Of a DNA stretch of 64,000 nucleotides, positions 35,937-48,273 are shown in pieces; positions within the stretch are counted from its first letter, which is position 1; the number at the start of each line of letters is the position of its first letter. The notes under the pieces were generated by a model, which searched no databases, had not been told where the DNA came from, and saw only the letters and a list, made by a program, of their open reading frames with translations. The translations under genes were made by a program, and so were the position numbers. Source of the DNA: Takakia lepidozioides (Eukaryota > Plantae > Bryophyta); NCBI GenBank assembly GCA_030704615.1, contig CM060733.1:44082001-44146000 (forward strand), given 5' to 3'.

Positions 35937-38900
35937 CTACCCATGTGTTGTATCCCGCTGCAATAGAGTATCGACCTCGTTGAAACTCATAGTGGCCTGG
36001 TGAATGAAGTTGTCACTTTGGGATCGCAAACCATCCTCTTCAAAAATATGAAATACCAATGTTTGCAGGGTATGAATTTACCTCTCTTGCCCAAACTGGT
36101 TGATAGCATATTCACAAAATCAGGACATGTGCAATTGGGGGGAAATTGGAAACCGTGATGTCGTAGGTCCTGTCATGAACTGCAGATGTGGAAGTGATGA
36201 TTGTGAATACCCGACCATATCCTGGATGGGGTACTTCCGTGGTGCTTCCAACACGAGCTTGGAGCATTCTTGCGGACTCCACTTTGCCAAAGTGTTCAGC
36301 GGTTGGAGGGAAACGCCGAACGAGCTTTCCATCTCGTTTGGTGGCCACAAGTCAGGATTTGCCGGGGGGACCCGGGAGGATGCAGAAGTAGTAGCACATG
36401 TATGGAGTTGGGGTTGTCTCGCAAGGGAAAAACCTGCCTCCTCCAGCATTTCAATCTCCTGAAAGCTGAGATAAGTTCCACCTTCACGGGCCAACGGTTG
36501 GAGGAGATGGCTTCATCACTACGGAAGGACGCACAGTTCCATGCACACATCTGGCACAATCATCTGCGCAGAACCAGAACTTGTGGTTCTTGGCTTCTGG
36601 TTGACCGTATGGACGCATCAAACCCGTGAAAGTCGGAGCAAGAGTTCGGGCACCACCTCTGGATATAGATGAAGTGCACTTCTCGAAATTAGTTGCCCTG
36701 ATTGCTGTACATTTCACACGAGACCCTACACTTGTGCGTTCTATGTGCCAAACGTGGTCGGGGCATGCGGACTCAAGCACATCAAGGGGGTTGTTTCTCT
36801 CCTGCACCATTTCAGTGGCACTGTTTGATGCTGAAGCTTGCCGTGTGGAGGTTCCTCCACAATGGAGGTTTCCGGACCACAATGGAGCTGTCATGCAGGG
36901 GAACATGCGGGTTTCGAGAAGCGGGTTGCCTTGTTATCACGGGAATCTTGTGAATCCGAACCCGGTGTGGAGTGTTCAATTTCCTCTTACAGGAGCCGAA
37001 TCTCTCCTCCCCTACAAGATGTGGAACTCTAGAAACAAGTGGCGTTCCCTGGGCATACATGCTCACCGCCCGTGCTATCTTGATTGGATCCCCAGATCTG
37101 TTTGCAGCACGCACATCAACTCCCATTTGTCCGGACCCTTGCCACCACCCCACCTCGTAAGAAATCACGGTATCAGGTTGTTGTTGCAAGACACGTATCA
37201 AATCATTATTGTTGCCACATACAAATCCCGACCTCGTTTCCCAGACTGCTACAACCATGTGTTGTGCACGTTTCTGCCAAATTGCAAGATGCATGTCCGC
37301 CATTCCTCAAATGGACCGTTCTGCAAAGTGCAGAACCACACTTCAAAACAGTGAACAAAAAACAACATAAAGAAAGAGAGGACACAATAAAATGGAAAGT
37401 AAATGTATGAATAAAGAAGGAAATATAAGCCTCGTACCAGTGCCATGGCTGCTCCCCACTGTCTATACCGGAAGTGCCAAAATGCCAGCCAATCTTCCAA
37501 TGCTCTCATACTTCTCAAGTGATGCAGCTCCAGAAGAGAACCACCAGGCACGAATTGTCGGGGAACAAAGTGTCCGCCTCCTTCATTGTTCTAGCATCTT
37601 TGTACTTTTTGCACAATTTCGGGTGCTGAGTATGCATCTTTGGTTTTGATGTCCGACTTTGTATGTTTTTCAGAGATTGTGTCCAATGGAATAGACATGT
37701 ATGCTCTCTTCCTCGCATTGGCACTTTTGGGTCGCCCGATCCGAAGACAATACGAACAACATTGAAATTTGTTTAAGCCACTATCCGCCATGAAACCTGC
37801 AAATTTGGAGATGGCAGCCCATGACACGTATCAGGGATTCCACATGAGCTTCTGGGATTCCGTATCCTCGGATTGCATGTCACAAACTGCAATTGTCATA
37901 ACTCGTTGGTACACTAGATCGTAGACATGACAAGCCATTGTCGTCCAATCCTTCACTCGTTTCACGTGATCAAACATAAGAAAACAGTTCTGAAAGTCCC
38001 CAGTCTTCTACATCCGCTTCACGAGGCTAAACCCACTGCCCTCCCCAACAGTCGACATTTTGAAAAGAAAAACTTTGATGGCACCTGACCTGGGAATACA
38101 TTGTCCTGGATTAATTGTACTTGCTCACTCGTTTCAACTCCAAAATGTTGTCTATGTAGTCTCTAATACCAGAGCCCATTCTTAATGCATTGATCTGATG
38201 CCGAATGTTAGGTGAACTCAAAGTGGAGAATGATCCATGACCAGGTCCAATGCTTGCACCGTCAAGTTTAGTCCCCCACAGAATCCCCTTCACTCAAAAT
38301 ATGGCTTCCAAGAAGGACTTGCTTGCGCCAAGAGCAATTGCAAGGTTGTTGCGGAGGTTTCTCCCAAACTCCTGTATAATCAACCTCGATACTGTCTCAA
38401 CACTCTCCCTGTAATCCCCCTTCGAGACAGGATGGTTATGGAATCGAAATTGCACACAAGCTCTTGTCATTGTTTCAAATGGTGGACAACATAGTACATT
38501 CTTGCTCCGCAGAGCGCCAAGCAGGATGGCACAAGTTTGCAGGATTTGCAGACGAAAAGTTTGCCGGTGGAGGGGGGCAGTCCCAAGGCTGAAATGGATT
38601 TTCGCCAGACCCTCCCATTCGCTTTGATTATGAACCCCAGACTGAGAGAAAGTGTCTGCAATTCAAATTATAACCCTAAGTGTGTCAATGCAAACTGTTC
38701 TCCTGAAAAAAAGCTTGTCATCATTCTGAATCTGGATGCTTTGTTCTGCCACCAGGGTGCCCGTCCTGTTCTTGTCCATTCCATGCATCATGATTGTTAC
38801 ACCTCCAACTCGCGGAGGAGGAGGCAGCTCGAATAGGATATCGCCATCAAAAGTCTCTGGGCAAGACGAACTTCACAGGCACCTGCTTCAAAGATTCCCA

Positions 38901-39433
38901 ATCAATTCTCGCAACTCACTTTTGAATCCAGCCATTCCTCCAATCGCCAGTAATTTTGGAATGACACTACAAATCTCTTCTTCATCAGCTTCTCCAACCA
39001 CAGTAGGAAGGACTGGATTGGAATTTCACTTATGCTATCATCGGACGAATCACGGAAAGCTACAACGATTGGCGTGGAGGACGTCTGTTCTTTTTTCACC
39101 ACCACCTCCCTCTTGTCTTCAACGACCAAAGCAGCAGTCCCGGGCGTCACATATGACCCAAGGACTTTCGCCGAGGCTCTCCAAAGTACTCTGTATTGAC
39201 CAGGCGCACTCTCCACTGGCTGATATGAGCCGTCTCATCACGGTTTTGGAAAGAGTATTTCAAACAACTCCCTTTCAAATCGTACACCTCTTTCTCCAAA
39301 AGATGGAGCCATTCTGAAGCTGAAAACGGGTAGCCAAGACATGTTCCAGAACAATTGCAAATCCATTGTCAAGGACTTCCTGAGGAGAAGACACTGGTTT
39401 GTCGTCAGAGAAGACTCCGTCAGAGGAAGCCAT
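35937..39433 (-). pseudogene. Divergent MULE/Mutator-type DDE transposase with N-terminal Cys-rich domain and C-terminal SWIM finger
   Basis: Across frameshifts: FDGDILFELPP..GMDK, CKSCKLVPSCLALCGARMYYV, LMFDHVKRVKDWTTMACHVYD (D1), GFMADS (D2), TCLFHW (CxxH), NLAET-HNTWL (E), CTCPDF...PCKHWYFIF (SWIM). Confidence 0.75.
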
Positions 39434-41240
39434 CTTCCTTCCTCGCGTACGTTGATACCTTGTTATCACAGACCTTCAGTGTAAATTGTTTATGATGTCT
39501 CCAGAACACAGTTGAAAGAATGAGCAGAGAATATGGAGGGGGGAAGCTCAGACGACGACTGTGCATATTCTGTATTCGTTCCGATATGTAGTGTCCATTT
39601 AATTACTTTTCTTGTGGGCCCAGTGGTCAGAGTATCCCTAGGAGCAATGTCGGCACAGCTGTTAAACCGTTAATCAGAACCTCATTAACAACACACAATA
39701 ACAAGCCGACTTCTGGAAGCATGCCACAGGGTCTGAGGGTGGATTGCAGATTAAGTAAATGTATCTTTATACTACTACAATGATCATGCGCACCTGGAAA
39801 GTTCAAAATGTGAAACAAACGTGGGGTTGGCTAACAAAGATGACCGGTATGATATCCCAAAATTTGTCATCAACCTCTTGTTCATTTACATATATTTTGT
39901 CTAAGATGTGCGCCAAGATTTCTGGGATCGCTGTTATTTTTAAATATTGAAACCGTTCTAATAAAGAACACACCGTTATTTTGGGCGACACACGCCAGAC
40001 ATCGATAACGAATTCAAAAGTTGTACATTAATTGCTGGCATGGCACTAATAAGGGAACGGACTATGTGTAACGGTCACGCGAGAGAGAGGGAATCCCATG
40101 CTTCTAGAGACAAGCAACAACGAACGCAATCCCGCAAGAAATCGGGAGTCACTTCGTTTTTCTACTTTCCGCGCTTAGAGGGAGAGTGGTAGTCAAGCTG
40201 GAGAGGGTGTCCTTCTACTATACGAAAGACAAGAAAGTCTCTTTATTTTACTTCCTTGAGAGAGACGCAGAGCAAGAGAGCAAATGACGAGGCGTCGTTT
40301 GTTGGGAAACACAGGGCCAAGGCAGCAGAGGTGAACGCGGAGACTGATTCACAGAGCAGACCAAGACTGAGGCAGCGGCTTGTGACACAGTCGGCGATAA
40401 CAGTGCGCGTGGAAACCAGCCTGTGGTATGCGAGATGTCTTGCAGGAAACTTGAAGGAGGTTGAAGAACGAGGAACGCTGAACCGGAGAAGGTCCAGAAA
40501 CCCTTAGAGCAGACCAAAATTTCCAGCAGATGTTGAGTGAGAGGAAGAGGAAAGCTGCAGAAAGGGATCCAATTTCAAAACCTAAGAAGGCGCCAGTAAG
40601 TTTTCTTAACTTACATCATTTCATTGTTGAAGATCTGCGTAGGCGATTGAGTTGAATGTCATAGAAAGGGATTGTCGCTACCAACCATACCACGAAACAA
40701 CGGTGATTGCTTTATATCCTTTGTTAGGGTTTACTGCACAATGAGTGGGTGACTGACGGCTACCGTCAATCACGTTGTTCAGATCAACAGTCTGTTCTGA
40801 TTGCCTTTCAAGCAGTCCTTCCTCTCCCTTCTTAAGCAGGAACATGTGATTGAAGTCTGCTGAATTGCAAGCGCGTTAACGCATTCGATTCTCCTTCATG
40901 AGATTTATTTACCTATGTGTTTGAAGAGAGAGTGAGGGCCGGCAAATTCAGTATAATGTATTGCAATGCATTTTCTTTGATGAGGTTGAACAGATAGAGA
41001 AGTGGAAAAGGCGGTACCGCCAATCAAAGATTTGAAGCCCATACTGAGATTCAGGTAGAGTATGGATTGGAAAGTACTTCGACATAGGACAAGAAAACCG
41101 TGAAGGCTGCAACGGTGTCACAATGGAGTCAATATGAATAATCTGCACTTACTGTCCGTCCTAAACTAGACTGAATGTCTTGCCGCCAATCACGTAAATA
41201 TATATGTCATTACACAACACCAATCCGGCAGGTCTTATCT

Positions 41241-41740
41241 NNNNNNNNNNNNNNNNNNNNNNNNNNNNNNNNNNNNNNNNNNNNNNNNNNNNNNNNNNNN
41301 NNNNNNNNNNNNNNNNNNNNNNNNNNNNNNNNNNNNNNNNNNNNNNNNNNNNNNNNNNNNNNNNNNNNNNNNNNNNNNNNNNNNNNNNNNNNNNNNNNNN
41401 NNNNNNNNNNNNNNNNNNNNNNNNNNNNNNNNNNNNNNNNNNNNNNNNNNNNNNNNNNNNNNNNNNNNNNNNNNNNNNNNNNNNNNNNNNNNNNNNNNNN
41501 NNNNNNNNNNNNNNNNNNNNNNNNNNNNNNNNNNNNNNNNNNNNNNNNNNNNNNNNNNNNNNNNNNNNNNNNNNNNNNNNNNNNNNNNNNNNNNNNNNNN
41601 NNNNNNNNNNNNNNNNNNNNNNNNNNNNNNNNNNNNNNNNNNNNNNNNNNNNNNNNNNNNNNNNNNNNNNNNNNNNNNNNNNNNNNNNNNNNNNNNNNNN
41701 NNNNNNNNNNNNNNNNNNNNNNNNNNNNNNNNNNNNNNNN
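41241..41740. other. Assembly gap (500 N)
   Basis: Run of N. Confidence 1.
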
Positions 41741-43059
41741 GCCGGTCTTTTGAATGAGGACAGTTTTGCTCAGTTTGCCCACAAATCAGCCCTGAGGTTG
41801 CTCATTATTGTCGAGTCTGCTGGGTGATCGAGGCTTCTTAGTTCTTGCTAGTCGTGACTCTGCCGAGTCGCTGAGTGTAGGGGGACACCGTGCAGTGTGG
41901 GAGTCATAGAGTCTGATGGATAGGCATATTGTAGTGGTCTGTCTGATGGACTGCGTGCTGGGTGAGGACTCAATGAGAATTTCGTCTTGCAGGGCGCACT
42001 GGAGTGTGTTGGTCATCGACGTGCGGAAAGGCTGCTACCTCACTGAACTCCATCGAGTCTTTGCATGGTTGCCCATATGTTTTGTCATGGATACGGAAGC
42101 TGCATACGGAGTGTTTATGGTTACAGTGTTAGATTCATCGGTTGTTGGGGAGGTTAGGGCATTTCAGTTCAACCAGCCTGAAGTCCCTAACAGCCATTCA
42201 GCTGGGGATGGTACGTGTGTTTATGTTCATGTCTCTTCATCCCAGGATATTATGAAGGCTACAAACTGGGCATACTCGAACCTCTTCTAAAAGGGCAGAG
42301 AGAGTAGTACCTTTCACGAAACACTGGTTTACGTTCAAGTTTGCACTTGGCCAACGGATGCAGTGTCTTAAGTACATCTTGACTGGTTTGAGTGTCATGC
42401 TGAGAAAGCAATATCCTCATAGATATCCATCGAGGTCAGAGATTAGAGGTGCACCCATAAAGACGCATTTGTCATGTAAGCATGCTTTTGAGCATTTGCA
42501 ACAACTAAAATATGACTTGGTATACACATCCTATTGGTCGCATATGAGTGCAGTGCGAGTAGTCGCTGTAGATTTGTCACCATTCACTGCATGTTTTTAA
42601 GCGGACTTACCTCTGCACACACAATCATTTTGTTTATATACCAAGGGAGTCCACTGGTCAGCAAACAGCCGCGAGATCAGCAGACTGCCAGACGGGAAGA
42701 GGGTATGCCTAGGTTTGTGAGCAGACAGATGGCAATGTCGCCAGACTGACGAGAGTCCGACAGACTGAGGAGTTGGGATCAGTCCGGCAGACTGGCAGAT
42801 GCGATTGGGAACCATGAATTTGCACTGGTGACAGACTGTCGAGAGTCACCGGAGTGGTATAGTACAGGCGGATGGCATTGGCTAGTAGACTGTCAAGTCT
42901 GGTCAGCAGAGTAATGAGAGTCCACCGTGTTGAGAATGGCCAATCTGATGGGTAGACTGCATGAGGCTCATTCCGTCAGCCAGGTGCAGCACGTTCAAGA
43001 ACCGAGAGACGGGTCTGCTCAAGAGAAGGCTGCACCACAGACTGTTTGAAGCTGAGTCC

Positions 43060-43215
43060 CAGCCTGGTTTAGCAAACTGGTTCAGATACCAGAAGAGTGG
43101 TTGAGTAGACTGGTTCAGACACCAGAAGACTGGTTGAGCAGACTGGATCAGACGATAGAAGACTGATTGAGCACACTGGTTCAGACGCCAGAAGACTGGT
43201 TTACCAGGCTGGTTG
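43060..43215. repeat. ~33-bp tandem repeat (GACTGGTTCAGACACCAGAAGACTGGTTGAGCA), ~4 copies
   Basis: Directly visible downstream of the second MULE gene. Confidence 0.85.
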
Positions 43216-43311
43216 GCAGGCAGGTTGGACGTCTGGTGCACATGCAATCGTACTGCCGAAATTTTATTTCATGGAGAGAATGATACTGTACCATTTCTTA
43301 CATTTCCTACA

Positions 43312-46300
43312 CTACTTTAAAACTTGTATACGGTCTGCGACTCTCCGGATTGTGGAGTATATGTGTGCTGCAGGTGTTGGGGCACCAACCCTCTTCCCTG
43401 TTTTGCGTAAGACCCTGGGTCGCGTTTTCCATGCCTCAACGAAATCCCGTTTCCTTTTCAACGACATATTGTTGTTGTCATTTACAGGACGGAAGCTCTT
43501 TGCTGCCGCAGGGTGCAGCATTCCTGCAGCACTCTTGGCAAAAATATCAACAAGCTGCCCCCTACAGATACGAAGAGAAGACAACACATATTTCTGTAGG
43601 TATTTGTCGTCCCCAACAATGCGAAGTATGTCTGCAAATTCTTCATCCATGGAGGATGGTACGAGGACAGGCTCCGCATCATGGGGGAAGTCATCTGTGG
43701 AAGGGCCCTTTGTTGCATTTCCCAAACCCTCTTCGTCGCTGACACTTGCATGAACCCTAAACACATTATGCAATCCTCCATGAATGGTTCCCAGCGCCGT
43801 GCCACAAGCGCGCACTATGAGTCCATCCTGCAAGTGTGGATGAAACAATTTCAGGACTTAGACTTGATGCTTGCACAAATTGCCCTTCATTGCCCATGGG
43901 CAAGACAATATAAATTATGTTTGGGTGATTGGTGCTTAGAACATAGGCTGGTTGCCCAGGATGGAACGGAAGAGTGACATTGCAAGCTGGGATATCGCGT
44001 GCTGCAAGCACAGAACTGGACATGTACTTCTCCTGTTTGTTATTCCTTATGAATCCGTGCGTCTTCAGGTGAATTGCATACCAGTAGTGTGTTAGCACAC
44101 GGCCTGTGAGTTCTCATATGAGCCAATCCACTCTACGCCCAATCATTTTGCCTTTCCCCATCCTCAGTCTTGCCTTCAAGTTTCCATGGTATGCCTCAAT
44201 GCTAGCATTGGTGTCTTGACCGGCATGCGGAACATGGCGAGCTGCTGTACACCACATTGCTATTTTAGGACGCCATTCCTTATCGATGTAGTCCAGAAAT
44301 GCATGCCCATTCGGATTTTTCTTTCTCATGCGTCGGAGCATTGTTGCTACCCATGCAAGACCTTCTTTGGGATTGATTGGTCCACCTCTACAGTACATGA
44401 GGTCTCCCATATCTTTCAGCAAGTTTGCGGCAGTGATAGGATCTTTGCTTTTCGCGCATGATTGCTTCACCCAAGCCCGCCGGACATGCCAAAGGCACAG
44501 GAAAATTAGCACTCCTCGAAAAACAGCCCTGCAAAGTACACATGCCGACATGAGAGACTTCAAAGAGGACTTGGCCGGTGGATTTGGGTACTAACTGGTC
44601 TGCCCGTCTGTTCCAAACGGATTTAGGTAGTAGACTCGCCCACTCTGACCTGCCATGAGTGGTGCCCTCACGACACCGCCAGCAGACCTGACCACGCTGA
44701 CCTCGCAGTGGACTTACGTAAGTGAGTCTTGCAACGGACTTGGCCAGAGGGCATCCCGACCGGACTGGGTTGCTAGCAGACTTCCGAACAGTCCCCTCCG
44801 GCGGACTCGCCTGTCAGCGGACCAGAGTGAGGTCGCAGCAGACTGGCGCACGTGAGTCTTGCAGCGGACTGCTTGCGAACAGTCCCCTCCGGCGGACCTG
44901 CCTGCCAGCGGACTTGCTGGACCAGACTGAGGTCGCAGTAGACTGGCGCACGTGAGTCTTGCAGCGGACTACTTACGAACAGTCCCATCCGGTGGACTCG
45001 CCTGCGAGCGGACTTGCTCGACCATAGTGAAGTTGCAGCAAACTGGCGCACGTGAGTCTTGCAGCGGATTGCTTGCAAACAGTCCCATCTGGCGGACTTG
45101 CTCAACCAGAGTGAGGTCGCAGCAGACTGGCGCACGTGAGTCTTGCAGCGGACTGCTTGCGAACAGTCCCCTCCGGCAGACTGGCCTGCCAGCGGACTTG
45201 CCCTTAGGAGACCGGTAGCAGACTTACCCAGACGTTGTTGGCAGCACACCTGAGCAGACTGACCTTGCAGCGTACTTGCACAAGTGAGTCTTCCAGCGGA
45301 CTTCGCTAGAGGACATTACCAGCGGACTAGTTTGCCAGCAGACTTGCAGCCAGGACTGCGTTGTATGGCAGGGGACTTGCCGAAGAGACAGACAATGGAC
45401 GCAGATGACGGACTTGCACGCGAGTGTACAAGAGGGTACGTGAAACTTACGTAATGGCATTTATTTCGGCGTCGACATCGTCCACAATGAAGGCATTGGG
45501 TCGCCAGTTTGGCATTTCTGCGAGGAGAGAGTCCCGCAAGGCTGCCATCCACGGCACCAGGTCTGTTGTCCGCTCACGTGCGCATATGATGTACGCAACT
45601 GGTATACCGTTAAGCCACTTGTCGAAGACCATCAACGTGTACAATGGGAACTGTTCAAATGCAGAATGTCAGATGCTGCCAGTGTGCGTACATCCACTAC
45701 TTCTGCAAGTGGATAAACTGTGAAAGAGATGAAGAGTACCTTGTGGTGATTTGTCCCGAAAGTTGCATCGCATGCAACGATACGGGCATGGCCTAATTGA
45801 AGCATTCGCTTCTTCTGCCACTCAGTCTGTATGCCGATTGTGAATGTAAAGTCGCCATCGTAGTGCTTGAATGTTGGCGCCAATTTTTCCTCTTGATAGA
45901 AGAAGACCGATTTCGGGTTCTAGTCTTCCACATGCGGACACTCTCCGCATCGTTGGCATGTTTTTTGAACGTTTGCCACGCCCGTTTCTCGGCCAGGTTG
46001 CGCATATCTTGCTCTAGCAAAAAATCGTCCCGTGTCAATGCATCCCCCAACCCGGTGTTGTTCATGACGTGCTCTTTATGTTCCATCATGATTTGGGCGA
46101 CTAACAGGCCTCGGCACAGACACTCCATGACCCATGCTTTCAATTCCTTGCTAATGTGTGGTGCGTAGGCATGGCGAGTGTTCCTGAACTCAACGGACTT
46201 CCCATGACAGGGGTTCCCTTTCGCGTCTGTATGCTCCATATTGTTGTAGTACGTGAGGACACAAATGTCGGGGGCGAGATAGCATTGTTGGACCTTGAAA

Positions 46301-46922
46301 CAGCACTGACAACCACGCTTGTAAGACTCTCCATATTCCGACTTCTTTCTCCTTGGGCCTTTATGAGGGTGAGATTTTCCAGCACCGAGAAGAGGTCCTC
46401 CACGTTTCAGTTTTGGATCCTCCACTATCGTATTGTTGGTGCGCTTGTCATCAGGACCATAACAGCATTGATACCTGGACATAAAAATCACAATGGATAT
46501 CCATCGACTTTTGGAAGCATGAAATCACAGAACGTGGGTACGAAAAATGGCAACAGACATGCAATCAAACTACAAAAGGACGATGAGGATGGAGCACACA
46601 TGATATTGTTCAGAGAACTGCTGGCTCTCGGCTCTTTTAGCATGCCGGATTGCACTTTAGTATGGACATTCACCCAAAATTGAGTGGGGTAGTCCACCAA
46701 ACTCTCATCTCCGAGGAGAAAGTCATCAACTCTATCCCACGGTATGCAAGCCTTCAGAACATTCTGTCTGGCACCCATATAACCATATTGCGTGTCTCTC
46801 TTCCATTGGAAGTCCTTCCTGTTGAAGGGTCCTGGTTTGGGTGTTTGCAAACTTTGTCGAAGAGGCCGTATAATCCAGCATCCCGTTTTTAGTATATCAT
46901 CACCTTCTGCTTCCACGTCCAT
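43312..46922 (-). pseudogene. MULE-type transposase with SWIM finger, related to the plant SWIM/zinc-binding gene family
   Basis: YQCCYGPDD..KRGCQCCF..HTDAKGNPCHG..APHIS..TRDDFL, IGIQTEWQ, ACDATFGTN (D1), PVAYII..FIVDD (D2), LCLWHVRRAW, NASIEAYH (E), SCPWAMKGNLCKH (SWIM). Spliced, with frameshifts. Confidence 0.85.
44715..45200. repeat. ~100-bp tandem repeat array in an intron of the MULE gene
   Basis: ACTGGCGCACGTGAGTCTTGCAGCGGA recurs at 44842, 44942, 45042 and ~45125, with a partial copy at ~44720. Confidence 0.92.
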
Positions 46923-48273
46923 GCCCTGTACAGTACAGAGGACACGCTCAGAACCTGCAAGAAACGCGCCGCAGTACACTGGACACGATGGACAACGTGC
47001 AAGGAGCATCAGTGTGCACGTTCGCGGCTGCTGGCAAGTGGCAGGCGGCAGGGATAAGGTTTCAATTCATGCCCTAAAAATGGAGGGCTCAGATGGCATT
47101 TGCGAACGGACGATCCAGATGCGGCATCATCAGTGGACTGGAGGAAAGCGGACTCATGGGCGGCGGACTGGCAGGCACACTGTTGGGTGGACTGGCCGGG
47201 ACTGGCACAACGGACTGGCATGGATGGCGCGGATGGGTTTCTCAGAATGGACGATCCAGATCCTTCGGCCGGCACGGACTGGCAGACTGGCAGACTAGGG
47301 GGCAGCAGACGGGCACAACGGACTGTTGGGTGGACTTGCGGGGACTGGCACAGCACACTGGCATGCACACTGGCGGTTTGGCGGACTGAGGGGAACTGGA
47401 CTCACGGGCAGCGGCGGAGCGCGGGCGAGGCTGCCGCGGGCGCGGCTGGTGGGGCCGCGGCAGCAGGTGGGCGACCGCGCGCAGTGGCGGGCCGGGGGAG
47501 CCGGGCGTCCGTGCGCAGGGCGCACCGGTCAGCTCGCGCGCCACAATGTCCCAATTATTGTAAAATGAGAGGCTGTGGTTAGTGATAGAAATTGGTTCCA
47601 TATATTTGGACCGTTTGGCAGGCTACCAAAGTTGTAGCTTGCCACAGGCCATTTAGTGAAGGTGGCAATAGGGTGGCAAAATCGCAATCACATGGTTTAG
47701 CCTGAGTCTGCGGCATTCAAAAGAGGCCTTATTAGTGCTCCTTTTGTTGTGATGGAGGGCGTGGGGAATTATAAGAAACTGAAGTGGGGTTGGTCCCGAG
47801 GGAGGCCCGCGTGGGGAGGGTGAGGTGGCCGCCTACTAAGTAACATTTGACTTGCCCCGTGCTAACACTCTTGGCTGCCTACTTGACTAGATAGCTTGTT
47901 TTTTGTGTCATCACAAACAGTGGAGATAAAGGAGCTCGGGACCAGATTCGTCACGCTTCCAACATCCAATTGTTGCCAACAAACAGGCGCAGGCAGACTG
48001 GTGATGAGGCGGACACAACTGCTGCTACCACTGGTGCCATTGGTGGACCCGGTAGAGGTACACAGGACATTCTTTTGCCCAAACAGCCAAGGCAACCATG
48101 TGAGTTGGGGAGAATGAGATCTGTGCACCCATCGGACAGTGAGGTCAGAGGGCTTGGAGGAGGAGAAAGAAGCGCAGAGAGAGGGGTTGACAGATGCAGA
48201 GGAGGAGTGGGTAGAGGCAGAGTGCGCGCGAGAAGTATAAGTCCAGGATTGGAAAGCGGAGTTAGAGGACACG

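Noticed and set aside
36626-37354. 242-aa plus-strand ORF
   Set aside because: Antisense to the MULE transposase, with no recognisable motif.
41175-41827. Long ORFs across 41.2-41.8 kb
   Set aside because: Artefacts of translating the N gap.
44715-45200. CRISPR-like regularly spaced repeats
   Set aside because: The intervening sequences are themselves repeated, there are no cas genes, and the context is a eukaryotic intron.
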